A DNA stretch of 64,000 bases from Bigelowiella natans CCMP2755 (GCA_000320545.1 ADNK01000870.1:135619-199618); one strand, 5' to 3'; positions 28,207-42,706 are shown, counted from the stretch's first letter. Translations and numbers: made by a program. Notes: generated by a model from the sequence alone, not told the origin.

Positions 28207-28782
28207 CTGATGCCTAAATACTACTACTATATCATCATCATAGTACTGATACTACTACTACTACTACTACAACTACTAACACTAATACTACAGATTCAAT
28301 AGCGGCAAAAGCAGGAGAGAAATGGGGGGGAGATGATGGCCACAAGTCCTACTACTCATTGAGTCGTCGCAGTCGCTCATCATTAGTTGATGATGATGAT
28401 CATCATCATCATCATTCTTCCAATGCGACAACTACTGATCCCATTAGCAGCGTATCATACCATCCTTCAAATAATGCTACTACAGCAGCTGCTCCTAGAA
28501 GTGATGATAATGATGATGACATCAAAACGAAACTTGTTTTAGGTCATTTACCCCTCCCCCCCTCCTCCTCACTATCTACATGTTCGGCTGAATAATAAAA
28601 TAATGGGTACTACTACTACTACTACTACTGTTGGTTGCGTATAGGTATTGAAACCAGTTGCGATGACACAGCTGTCGCAATTGTAATATTATAAATTGTT
28701 CTTCTTATATAGTTGTTCTTGTTGTTGTTGTTGTTGTTGTTGTTTTTTATAATCGTATACTCACTCACATTGTGTTGTGTGT

Positions 28783-28826
<44 letters not shown>

Positions 28827-29173
28827 GATCCACCTACCACCTACCACCTAGAAAGTACCACCTACTACTACTACTACTACTACTACTACTATTACTACAA
28901 CTGCAACTCTTATGAGATGAAAGCACTGTATGTAGCTCTTGTCGATACAGCGTGTGTATACATATATCATCCACCTAGTATTGTATAATACGTACTTATT
29001 ATTACATATTTCGCCTCCTCCCCCTCCTCCTCCTCCTCCCATCGTCTACTACCCGTAAATCATATAAATCATCAAGCTACGTGGTGATGGGAAGGTCCTA
29101 GCAAATCTTCGAGAAAGTCAGCAATCAATACACGAAAACTATGGAGGTGTTGTTCCAAGATTGGCCAAGGTAC

Positions 29174-29206
<33 letters not shown>

Positions 29207-29212
29207 GTGATT

Positions 29213-29250
<38 letters not shown>

Positions 29251-30666
29251 CGTGATATCGACTATGCAGGAGGCTCACGTGAGTGCCCTATCTGGGTTAA
29301 TAAAGAAAGCATTGAAAATTGCAAAAATTGATGATGATATGGGCGATGATGTCCATCATCGTCATCATCATCATCATCAACAACAACAAAATAAGCTAGA
29401 TGCTGTAGCAGTGACCATAGGGCCTGGATTGTCTTTGTGTCTTGAGGTTGGGGTAAAGGAAGCAATGAAGGTAAAAGAAGAAGAACAAGTGATAGAATAC
29501 TTCGTAGAAGAAGAAGAAGAAAGCAGCAATAAAAGGAGCAACATCATCGTTTTCGTTATGGCATCAAATGAAAAGGAGGAGAGAGAGAGATGAGAGAGAA
29601 AGAGAGGTTTCCCAAACTACTGAGGTCATACTTTTTATTTTATTCATCGTTGCCCTCCGACAAGTCAGTCAATCGTTTTTAGTATTATTTCACCATCATC
29701 ATCATCATCATCATCATCATCATATTATAGATATATCTGATTCAATGAATGATTTCATAAAACAGCTTTCTCAAAACCTCCAAATTCCTTATTTTCCAAT
29801 TCATCATCTGGAAGCTCACACTCTTGTGTCGCGGTTACCTAAATATCCATATTCTCCTCCTCATTCTCCTCCTCCTCCTCCTCCTCCTCATCATCATCAT
29901 CATCAACAACAGCAACAACAACAACAACAACCCCATCATCATCACAACGATAATCGTGGTAACTGCTTCTTCTTCTTCCTTTCTCGGTTAGCACGTAATG
30001 TATATCATACTTGCCAATCACGACAGCGGTTGAACCCTAAGCTTCATTCGTGCACTGAAAATAAGAACAACAACAAAAGTAGCCATCATTATTGTGATAA
30101 TAATGGGGAGGAGGAGAGCAAAGATGCTGTTCTGACTGCTGCTACTACTACTGCTACTACTACTACTACATCTACAACAACAACTACAACTACCGCTGCT
30201 GGGAAGTGTACTGATACTAATGGTGATGATGATGGTCATGGCTACCAACTCTCACTACTACTACCACGCACAATGAAGAAGAAGAGGAAGAAAGAGCAAG
30301 GGCGTGGGGAGGAGAAGAATGATGATGGTGATGATAATGATGCGGCAATCGACTTTCCGTTTTTAGTTTTACTAGTGTCAGGAGGACACACCATGCTAGT
30401 CGTCTCGAAAGGCGTCGGAGAATACCAAATATTAGGTCATTTATTAGCAGCGCTAGTAGTAGTTGTAGTAGTAGTCCATTGATGCTTGCTATGCTATGCT
30501 ATGCTATCACCATCACCATCATCATCGTCATCATAATTCTATTACTTGGATATAAATTGCTGTCGGTCTGCCGATGCTGTGTACTTCATCAAGGAGTTGT
30601 CAGATACTTCTAACACTTCTCCTCCTTGTCCTATTCCTCCTCTTGCTCCTCGTCCTTATTCTCTCT

Positions 30667-30698
<32 letters not shown>

Positions 30699-31278
30699 TA
30701 GGAAGTACCCTAGATGATTCTGTAGGAGAGGCCTTTGATAAGGTTGCAAGATTGTTGGGAGTGAGCGATATCCCAGGGGGTCATCAAGTAATCATTAAAC
30801 ATACAATCGTTTTCTTCTTTTTTCCTTCTTCTTTGTCTTTGTAGTAGAAGAAGAAATAAAAGTAGTAGTAGTAGTAGTGGTAGTACCAAAATCTCCGCCA
30901 ATAAGTAAGTAAATAAGTAATTAAATAGTATGAGCCAATATTATTAATATTATTATTACATCCCCATTCTCTTCCCCACCCTTAATTCTCCTTCCTCCTC
31001 CTTCCTCCTCCTTCCCCCTCCCTCCTCCTCTTCAAGGTGGAGCTTTTAGCAAAAGGCGGACATGGTACTTCTACAAACATGATATATCATGCATGATGAT
31101 TTCAAATAAGAATCTAATACATCAAAAAATGATAAATATACCTGAACCGATTGTTATCTTGATGCAGTAGTACTGATGTATGTATGTATGTATGTATGTA
31201 TGTATGATTTAGGTAAGGAATTACCAAGGCCATTACCTATCCCACTTTCTCAGTCAAGAGACCCTTGCCTTCGCCTTG

Positions 31279-31311
<33 letters not shown>

Positions 31312-32480
31312 AGTAGTAGGAACATCTAGTGCTAGTTGTAGTTGACGACGACGATCACGAGGCTGACATGCATGAGTCCAGTTAGTTAATAACCGTACAA
31401 TTATTTATTTGATGGTGTAATGATAATGATGAAGAAGAAGAAGAAGAAGAAGATGATGATGATGATGATAGTCACGGCAATGACAATCTTTGGGATAATT
31501 CGTAATAGTAAGTTTCATGTCCGCATCATTCGGTGATGTTATGATATTATCACCATACATCGTCGTTGCTTACTCTCCAATAGGAAGCTGATTAACTAAC
31601 CTTTTTAGTGTATTGATATGTGACTAACTGTCCTCACGATTTGTTTAATACTCCTCCTCTCCTCCTCATCGTCATCGTTTCCTTCGCTTTTCTTCTTCTT
31701 CTTCTTCATTAGGGTGTGATATGTCATTCTCGGGTCTCAAAACGCACGTGAAAAGGTGGTTAGACAACTATACTCGGTAGTAGTAGTAGGAGGAGGAGGA
31801 GGAGGAGGAGGAGGAGGGGGGGGTAGAGAACAACGAAACGACTATATTATTCGGTAGACAGACTTACTACTACTCGTGATGTTGCCTTCCTGCTGACTGG
31901 GGAAAGTGTTACAAGTATTAAGTAATGGGAGGAGGGAGACCTGCTGCAGGTTTTCTCATTATTCGTTATTTGTTCTTTATTAATTCTTCAAAAGTTGTGT
32001 CCACAATTACGTCGATATGTGCGGAGATAGCAATCAAGAACACCAACAAAGAATTAAGAACGTTGCTAAGGTCATCATTCATTCACCCCGTCCTTCCTTC
32101 CTCCCTCCCTACCTAATCACACTGTATGCCTTTGTTATTATAGCGAGATGGACAAATACCACACATTTCTATGCCTTATGTATAATTTTAGGGTGATATT
32201 TGTTTATGTCTGTTGTATAGGATGATCGTATATTATTGTATACTTGTGTACTACTTGCTTTGCAAGCCCATATAGGCATCCTTATCCATTCATCAAACAT
32301 AGTAGTAGTTATAGTAGTAGTAGCACACACTGCGAATACACAAATCATCATCATTATCATTATCATTATTTCTAGGCTTTCCAGGATGCTGCAATCGAGC
32401 ATTTAACAATAAGGACAGGACGTGCTATTGAAAGGGTAATCTAGTCATTGAATCATCTACGATATAGTTGTCCTCATCGT

Positions 32481-32517
<37 letters not shown>

Positions 32518-32604
32518 CAATGTTACATTCTTCATATCACAGGCCAGAGGAGATGGAAATAACATAAGTTGCCTGGTGCTTGCAGGGTAGTTAAATCAGA
32601 GATA

Positions 32605-32642
<38 letters not shown>

Positions 32643-33484
32643 CATTGTCAGCGTAATAGTAACTGCTAAGTAGGAGTTTGGTTGACCGAACGTAAATTAT
32701 TTCTTAACTTCTGCTTATTTGTACATCATGATTATAATTATTATTATTGATGCTGTTGTTATTATTGCTATCAGAGGCGTTGCTGCAAATATGCAATTGC
32801 GAGAGGCCGTCAGAAAGCTCTGCAAAGGTAAAGAACATCTCCTTCATTATAGCGTGGGTGATTCGTGATATTAGTAATGTTATTATAATAATAATAATGA
32901 TAATAACATCTCTCATTGGGATGATGATACTACATACATACTATACATACATACAGAGAAAAAGCTTCGGTTGGCTGTTCCCCCTGTTGAATTATGCACC
33001 GACAATGGAGTTATGGTGGCATGGACGGTCAATATCAACGAAAAACAACAACATCTTAGGAGGAGGAGGAGGAGGAGGATATTACAGAGAATAATAGATC
33101 GATCAATCAGAGGATGGAGTATGATTCTCTTCTTCTTATTAGGGAATAGAGAGGATGAAACTGGGACTTGGTGACGCCCCAGTAGCAGCTACTTGCACGA
33201 ATATCACAGCTTCGGTCGAGATCCGCCCAAGGTTTCCCATTATTATTATTCTTCCTTCACGATTTTCTTTCATTTCAATTTCTGCAAAATACTGATCTCT
33301 ACGGCCACCTAATTGTTATTGTTATTATTATTGTTATTATTATTGTTTGATTTATATTTGTTGTTCCAGATGGACTCTTGGGCCCAGACATCACCTAAGC
33401 ATAACACAAGAATATCAGTTAAAGGCCCGCCGTAACAGATGCTCAACATCAAAACACAATAGAGGACAGCAGCAAGGACTATGA
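25606..33484 (+). CDS. t6A37 biosynthesis protein: TsaE (YjeE) ATPase domain followed in frame by a TsaD/Qri7/OSGEPL1 domain, with an N-terminal presequence-like leader
   Basis: TsaE motifs: [19 protein letters not shown] (26440-26500), DVPSPT|[12 protein letters not shown] (~26970), IIEWPERL (~27540). TsaD motifs: VLG|[12 protein letters not shown] (28540-28680), [75 protein letters not shown]. Both domains are secure. The single-transcript fusion is inferred from in-frame splicing. Confidence 0.75.
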
Positions 33485-33539
33485 CCACTGACATAGCGAC
33501 GACTGAGCTATACGGATGTAACATGCAATGAAACGATCG

Positions 33540-34300
33540 AACAAATCAAATAAATTGTCTAATTCTAGCAGAATTGTCACGCTATGTCGCTATGCTAGCA
33601 TGCATGTAATAAGTGTAATATATAAGACAATAAGACGGCGGATGTAATCAATTAAATCAAGCATGTAGGTGTGTGCGCATGTTAGTGCAATTTAAGCGCT
33701 GCAGCTGCGGCTTTGTACAGCTTACTATATATTAGCTTATGTGACATATGACTAGATGAATTCTAAGATGACAAAAATTTTGATCATGCACGCTAGCACG
33801 CATGGCGGCGGCAGCATGCACGCTAGCACGTGTCGCTTACACATGTACGGACAATCTAGCAATGCGAGCCGTCGCATGTGTGCAGTCTATCTGTTGCATG
33901 CAGTGCATCGTAGCTACGATAGGTACGTCTGCTACGCATGCTAGCATGGATCGATATATCGACGCATCGTCGTGCAATAAGCTAGCTAGCTAGAGAGGCT
34001 TTAGCATACTAGCATAGCTAGATAGGTGTTGATGAAGTCAAATATCACAACGGTTACGTACGTACTGCGATGCCACATCACTGCCGTCAGCTTTGATACG
34101 AATCTCCGGTGTTTCAAGTGATGTGGTGTAAGATGGCATTCTAAGCACACAAAACAGTATGTATCTAGATATGCATATGTGTACATCAGCAGCCACCACC
34201 ATTGTGAACAATAACTTTGGAAGGTTGTTGAATAGCTAGCTGTGCTAATAACCATGAAATTTCTCGAAAACGACATCACGCTACAATGTAAAACATATAT
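33540..34300. other. Convergent intergenic tract rich in GCTAGC/GCATGC words
   Basis: catgcacgctagcacg occurs twice, with gctagctagctag and gcatgctagcatgg, between the TsaD and SmD2 3' ends. Confidence 0.7.
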
Positions 34301-34361
34301 TAAGATTTGGGGAACATCCCCCAACCCTACTTTGATCTAGGCGCAGGTAATCCAGTAGCAA

Positions 34362-34842
34362 TTACATCTGAAATCGATAAACAAAATCAGAATGTGATGA
34401 TGGTAAACCAAAACTGCATAAGACAAAAAAGTACATAATTACCGGATTCCGTAAAACTAAGATGACAGAATCGCCTCGGAGGAACATTTTCGATATGAAG
34501 CGATCCTTGTTAACTGGTTTTGCTTTGCTCTTTCCCTTCCCTGCTTTTGGAATCTCAGTCCATAACTCTTGTACATTTTCTAGAACCATATTGCAGTGCC
34601 TATCGAAGGCTTTTACAGATCCTAATAGCTTCTTGTTATTTCTGCAGTTGATCAAAACCTGCGTGCTGTTCATTACGCTTTGGTGCAGCACAGAGAGCGG
34701 GCCTGATTGTATATAAAATTTATAATGCTTGCAGTTTTCTACCACAAAATTTATATGTTTTGGTAGTGGCCATTTAGGATACAATCGAGGAGATACCTGT
34801 TTGGATGTCATCCTTATTAATCTCCTTTTCGTCCGATGCCAT
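34362..34842 (-). CDS. SNRPD2: Small nuclear ribonucleoprotein Sm D2, 3 exons
   Basis: [15 protein letters not shown]|[53 protein letters not shown]...[22 protein letters not shown]|M*. Confidence 0.97.
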
Positions 34843-35387
34843 TTTCTTTGGGGGTGGGAGATTGCGGAGTTTGCGAGGAAGATCTTGTCTTACGGCTTAC
34901 GGCGACAGCATTCAGCTGAGAAGACATACTATCCATCCTTCAATTAGGTGAGACAACTAATTTCTCACGTCGTAAAACATAAAAAATATGGTTATGAATA
35001 TGAAAGGGATAATGTATATTCTGAGTTATCACTGCGCAGAAAATTTAGCGCATGTTCTAGTCTACGACAAGGATGGCATTGGTTGGTTTTGATGAGCTTG
35101 TGTTGTTTATGTTGTCTCATTCAGTTAAGGTTATTCATTCGATCAAATACCTCCTATTCAAGTATTAGTACTGCGCAACAAGCATTACAATGCTAATGAT
35201 GATAATCTTGTGACAAAAAGATAGACAATAATATATCGATCAAACTTCGTAATTTTTAATTCTTATTGAACCAACGGAGGGCAAGGACAAGGAGCATCCA
35301 GACGAACCCCTCCCTACCAGACCACCTTATCAGATCAGAGAGAAGAAGAAGAAGAGGAAGAGGATAACATTGTACATCTAAGACACA

Positions 35388-37523
35388 ATGGCAACTTGCG
35401 ACTCTGCGCTCCCAGATCAGAAACTTCTTGATGAAGTCATTGACGATATTGAGGTACTTCACACTTTCTTCTCCCTGCTTTTACCTCCTCCTCACCAATT
35501 GGTTGCTGCTCGACAGGACATCTCCAAATTTGACCGTATCTTCTCCAAGGACGCGAAATGGATGCGAACGTAGGATTCTTGATTTCGAATTTGTACACTC
35601 GTGTATTTCGAATAGGTTGAGATTAGGGGATTATTCGCATAAATACCACGCACTGTACACTCGTGTATTTCGAATAGGTTGAGATTAGGGGATTATTCGC
35701 GTAAATACCACGCACTCCTCATCATTGTGGTAGCGTAAAGATGTGTGGGTTAGCTGATATTATCTCCACCATCTCTTTCCTATATCCAGCGAGATCAAAT
35801 CGGATTGCGTTAACTGGTTGGCGGAATTAATGCCAGAAGCGGATCGCAAAAAGCTCGTCCCTTTTGCTTACGAATTAGCAAAATCACCGTAAGTACATCG
35901 CGACGTGATCTTCCCGCTTTTATAGAATCCTCCGCTGAATTCATTATTTCCTCATTCAGTTTCGACAATATTGAAGATGTAAATAAGACTTATACGAAGC
36001 TTCGGAAAAAATACCGATTTATGGCAAAGAAAGCCCAGATGAACTACGGTGATAATATGATAATTTGTGTTTAAGAAGTTGCTTGTTATGTGACATAAAT
36101 ATGAATATTCTGAATCTTGTACTTGCAATCAGTCTACAGGGTACTATTGAACAAAGGCATGGTAAACAAGAATGTAATTCTGGAACAATACCTCGTCGCT
36201 AAAGCGGTCAGTTGTATCATTAGTTGTTTAAATATGTATAAATGGGTTACAAGACAATAGAGAGCACAGTACTCATTAATCCAGGTTCGATCATTGTCTG
36301 GAGTTCTCGTCATCACAGTGTTTACATCTCCTTATCCAAGATATGGAAATAAGGTAGCATATCGATTCATTTAATTAGGACGAATATTGACTGACCACTT
36401 TTCGCACAAGATCGTCACTTATTGAATGCCTCTGTTCTTCCTCATTGTACCATTGTACTTCTATCTTTCATTCGTAGGTCCAAAGATTCAGTTGCAAGCA
36501 TAACTGCTACTACTGTCCAAATGAACCGGATCTACCCAGGAGGTAGTAAGAATCATATTTGAGGAAGAAGAAAATGCAGCTGATTACAGGGGGAAAGAAG
36601 AGGGATGTTGTCGCTTGTTGAGCAACTAGTTTAAAGTTAAAGGAAGCTTGTTGATACGAAGGAAGTGACTGGGTAGTACTCGTCGGTCGTGTTCCCATTT
36701 CCTTGTTCTTGGTGGTTATTATTATTACAGCTACCTTTCGAATGAGCCAGGTGTTAGGCGTGGAAAGAGACACAGTAAGATCTACTTATTTAGTTCAGAC
36801 CCACCATCATCATCTCTAAGATACTACTATTCATGCTCAAGGGTTTCATGCAGACTACTTCCATCCGCCCTTAGTCCCCCCCTCCCCCGTGACGTGATTT
36901 ATTTATCTCTCCTTCCTCCTCCTCACTTTGATGACATGGAACAATAATAATAGGCTGGGAGCCAGTTGATCAATTCTATGCACGGGCATGGACGCACTAT
37001 CTCAACGGACATCCCATTGATAAGATTGAAATTCTTGTTCTTGGGGGTAAGTATGTGTATTATGTAGATTGGAATTTCAGTTTGTGAGAGCATGGTATTG
37101 TTGCATTGTTCTTTCTTACTAGTTGCATTGGGAGGTGGTGTTGTCTTAGAGCTCCTCCTATAGTACCTACCTATCGCTGATGTTGGTGTTGTCAGGCACA
37201 TGGTCCGAGTACCCGCAGGAGTACCAAGAAGAATTTCTAAGAGATATTTTCTGGTTATAATTTAGTATCATGCTTGTGCTGCACTCAGATCAAATCAGAA
37301 ATAATGATAATAATGATAAGAAGAAGAAGAAGAAGAATACTAATAGACGGCAGGTCTCTCCGTACTTTCACTGAGAAGAAGAAGTACTCATAAGCTTCTT
37401 CCCTCCTCTCTCCCATATGATGAAAGTATCTTACACAACATTGATTGTTGTGTTGAGTATCATCATCATCATCGTCATCGTCATCGTCATCGTCTTCTTC
37501 TTTACTCAATACTACTACACTGT

Positions 37524-37555
<32 letters not shown>

Positions 37556-39215
37556 ATCGTTAAAAGGTCTGCCAACACGTTTTTTGACGTCCCCCCCAAG
37601 AGGAAGCCTCTGTCGTTACCAGAGGAGCAAAAAATCAATGAGACTACAAGAGCAAGGTTGTTCTCTCCAATCAATCATATAATGTTGTATAGCCTGATGA
37701 TTTGATCAAACACTGATCATTCCTCCTCACGAAAGTAGTAGTAGTTTTTATCTATATTGTGTGAGGAGAGGAGGAAGATGAGGACCGACCTCCACAGAGT
37801 ATACTAATCAGTATCACATATTTTGACGATGATTAGCATCATCATCGTGATTGCTACTCTTTGTTCATTCATCCATCATTCTACTTCACAACCAAGTTTT
37901 ACCATTTAATAAAGAAGAGAAGGGAAGAAGACGCATTGATAATAATGATAAAAATGATGATGATGATAAGAATAACAATAATAATAATAATAATAATAAT
38001 AATAGTGATAGTAACAATAATGACAACAACAATATTAAAAGAAAGGCTTTATACTCAGAAATTAATCAAAATGTCATTAGACCAGCAGCGGTGTAGTATA
38101 AATATAGCACGAAATATGTTTGAAAAAAGAGAGTAGGAAGAAAGTAAGTCTCTCTTCGTCGCAAAGGGGTTATTCTGCATTATAATGATGATCTATCCAT
38201 CTATCAGGATAATAGGACTTACTCATGATGATCTATCCATCTATCAGGATAATAGGACTTACTCTTGAAACAAGGCCGGATACCATTGATGAACACGAAA
38301 TTAGAAGGTATTGTTATTTATTTTTATTATTTCTATTGTTATTTTTATTATTATTATCGGATAGTTCTTCTCTACATACATACTACCACATCGAAGAATC
38401 TACGTATTATTATCACCATACAATACACGTATTATCACCACCACCACCACCAGCCCAAAATCTCTAGTGAGAGCCATGATTATGCTAATCTTTGTTCTCG
38501 TCGTTACAATAGACTGCTTACTATATCCCTCATTGCAATGATGGTGATGATGATGATGATGATGATGATGATATGGTTAGATTTCGATACTATGGATGCA
38601 CACGGGTTCAAGTTGGCATTCAACATACAGTAAGAACAACAGCAACAACAACAACAACATTCAACATACAGTAACAACAACAGCAACAACAACAACAACA
38701 TTCAACATACAGTAACAACAACAGCAGCAACAACAACAGCAACATTCAACATACAGTAACAACAACAGCAGCAACAACAACAACATTCAACATACAGTAA
38801 GAACAACAGCAACAACAACAACAACATTCAACATACAGTAAGAACAACAGCAACAACAACAACAACATTCAACATACAGTAACAACAACAGCAACAACAA
38901 CAACATTCAACATACAGCAACAACAACAACAACATTCAACATACAGTAACAACAACAGCAACAACAACAACAACAATTGATTGATTGATTCACGTAAACA
39001 ACAATCCCAAGTGTATGTATGCATGCATATATGTCTGTACGCATCATCATCATTATCATCATCATCATCATAAGCGTGATGATGCTGCTGCTTCTTCTAT
39101 GTGTCGTTGATTTTCATTATGACTATCACCATCATCATTATAATCATCATCATTATAATCATCATCATCATCACCATCACCGCAAACGACACAAAAATAA
39201 GAGTTGTAGTACATA

Positions 39216-39262
<47 letters not shown>

Positions 39263-39372
39263 TGATGCATATGGTGCCGTTACAACTACTGGTATTCAGG
39301 ACGATGGAATATTGAAATTAATTAACCGCGGTTGCTACACTAAAGACGCAATAAAGGCCACCAAACTTCTCA

Positions 39373-39412
<40 letters not shown>

Positions 39413-39575
39413 ATGTTTAGGATAACAATATTTTATAATAGCCATCACAATCATCATCACCATTGTTACATATATATTTCAGGATGCTGGTTTTAAGATT
39501 GATTATCACTTAATGCCGGATCTTCCAGGCACTGTACGATGATCATTCAATCGTAGTAGTAGTAGTAGATGAGAA

Positions 39576-39615
<40 letters not shown>

Positions 39616-39954
39616 ATTGATAACAGCATAAATCCATGTCGTCGTCGTCGTTCAGTAGTAGTAGTAGTAGTAGTAGTAGATAGTTGTACTAACTACTAGT
39701 ACTACATGTAGATATATAAGTAATATATATTGATGATCTCAATCAGACTATTGAGAAAGACATAAAGATGTTTGACTACGTATTGTACTCAGAGGATCTC
39801 CAGGTGTGTAACACTGTTATGAGAACAAGCACCAACTACCAACAACATATAATAATAACAATAATAATAATAATAATAATAAGGAGAAGAAGAACAAGAA
39901 TAGAGTAGCTGGAAACAGTCAATTCATACTACTATTCACCCTACTGCACTACAC

Positions 39955-39985
<31 letters not shown>

Positions 39986-40033
39986 AATAATTCATAGAAA
40001 TCATCATCAACAACAACAAGAACAACAACAATT

Positions 40034-40115
<82 letters not shown>

Positions 40116-40397
40116 TCTATTGATCATGATTGCATCACCATACGATTTAAACTTTTGAGGAAAACGACGATTTGTTGTTCCTTCGTTACTTTTGCTAATT
40201 ACTTACCAATACAACGATTGTGAATGATTTAATGAATGCATAAAAGATGCTGATGCAATCAACATGCTTGAATGATTGAATAGGCGGATCAATGGAAGAT
40301 ATACCCATGCCAGACGGTGCCTTGGACGGTTATTGAGAAATGGTTTAAAGAAGGAAAATATAAACCCTATTCTCCTCAGCAGCTTATGCACGTATTG

Positions 40398-40439
<42 letters not shown>

Positions 40440-40676
40440 AAGTCGCCATCAAGGAAGGAAGGAAGGAAGGAAGGACATCAGATTTGGGTTGGGTTTCTTC
40501 CTCCTTTTTGTTGTTGTTGTTGTTGTCAGATTTGGGTTGCTTATCTTCTTTCTTTTCATTGTTGTTGTTGTTGTTGTTGTTATTGTTTCTTCTATGATTG
40601 AATATTATACTTATAAGGTTACTGCAATGAGTAAAGTACATCCATGGATCCGATTAAGTAGTAACACTTATTACTT

Positions 40677-40709
<33 letters not shown>

Positions 40710-40716
40710 TTCCATT

Positions 40717-40752
<36 letters not shown>

Positions 40753-41140
40753 AAGATAAGAGGATCTTCATCAACAATCAATTTCTTACCTCTTTTTAGA
40801 CCGCGTGATTCGAGATATTCCAAACGAGTAAGTGTCATCATCATCGTCATCATTAACATCATCATCATCATCATCATTATCATCATAGTATTATTATTAA
40901 CAAGGTACATAATGGGAGGAAATCCGGTCACAAATCTACGGCAAATGGTGGAAATAAGAATGCGAGAGAAAAATCTGAAATGCAGGTGGTTTGTGCAAAT
41001 TGTCGTGATCGTTTTACTGTGCTATGTTATTATTACTTTTGTAGTATGTTTTATTTTGTTATTCGTCTTTCTTCTTTTTAAGTTGTTCAGTAACTTTCTA
41101 TCCATATCATTACATACGATATTATCACACATTCATGCTG

Positions 41141-41172
<32 letters not shown>

Positions 41173-41630
41173 CTCCCCCTTTCTCTCACCGACACACAAG
41201 GCACACACACACACAACATATTCTTCTGGTTGGTGCTGTATAGTTATTAGAATTATTATTATTTTTCTTATCTTTTCTTATTGTTGTTGTTGTCGTCGAG
41301 GACATGAGATAGAACGTGATGATGACACAATAATAGCCTGATGATCATCTTCTTCTTCTTCTTCTTCTTCTTCTTCTTTCTTCTCATCTTGAAGGTGCAT
41401 TAGAAGTAGGGAGTGCAAAAGTGCAAAATCTGGAATAAAGGATGTATTATTATCAGCGATCAACCTACTACTTCTACTACTACTACTAATACTACTAGTG
41501 CTAGTTACTGTAAGAAAAGCTACCATTTGTTGTGATGATGGTCAACTTGTATAGCGAATAGATCTTAATAATAATAATCATGCAAAAATGAACAAGAAGA
41601 AGAAGAAGAAGAGGAAGGAGGAAGAGGAAA

Positions 41631-41666
<36 letters not shown>

Positions 41667-42247
41667 CCTGTATACATTATATGTTTAATGTATAAGTTCT
41701 TTAAATATAAACAACAATTTTATTACTACAAACACCAGGCAATTTTGAAACAACGACGCTACAAATCATCGGGTAGTAGTAGTAGAAGAAGAAGAAGAAG
41801 AAGAAGAATCAACCAACAAGAGAGTACTAGTAGTAGTAGTAGTAGTAGTAGCAGCAGCAGCAGATGTAGTAAGAATATCATCATCATCATCATCATCATC
41901 ATCATCGTGTATATCATTAATTATTCCATAAGCACCAATGTTGTTGTTTTGTTCTCGATTTCTACGATATATCCCATATAAAACAATGATAGCAAGCAAG
42001 GTTGTTCCTGTTATTCTTGTCCTTAATAACAATAGCAGTATCAATTAATGAATGTTGTTTATTGTCAGGCGGCACAGAAATCTTCCTCTCTTTTGAGTCA
42101 AAGGATGAGTCAGTGATATACGGGTAATAAGTAAGATACCATGGTGATGACCATCCAATATTGAATTATGATGGTGCTATATTCTTATTCTTAGGTTCCT
42201 ACGATTGCGCTTATGCCATCCAACCAAAGTAGTTTTCCCAGAGGTAT

Positions 42248-42279
<32 letters not shown>

Positions 42280-42476
42280 ACTACTAGCTAGCTAGCACTG
42301 GAGAAAGGAATGATAAGAATCCTGCAGCACTCATTAAATTTTAATATCTCCTCATCCTGCATCATCATAGCAGCATCCTAATCGGTGGATCATTCGCCTA
42401 TTCCAATTACGATATTATTATTCTAAATATATGATATTATTGTTTATTAATTCATTACTTATCAAAGATACCACTG

Positions 42477-42507
<31 letters not shown>

Positions 42508-42560
42508 ACAGCTAAAAAATGCAGCACTTGTCAGAGAATTGCACACATATGGGAAAATGA

Positions 42561-42597
<37 letters not shown>

Positions 42598-42706
42598 TGA
42601 GAAAAATAGTGAAGGGTTGATCCAGTTGCGGGTGTGATGAATGATATATTTGAATTATGTATTTAAATGATAAACTTCATAATACTCAGATAATAATGTA
42701 TCAATA

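Noticed and set aside
38617-38975. CRISPR-like array of regularly spaced repeats
   Set aside because: The spacers are near-identical (CAA)n sequence, the repeat is a copied exon/donor junction, there are no cas genes, and the context is a eukaryotic intron.
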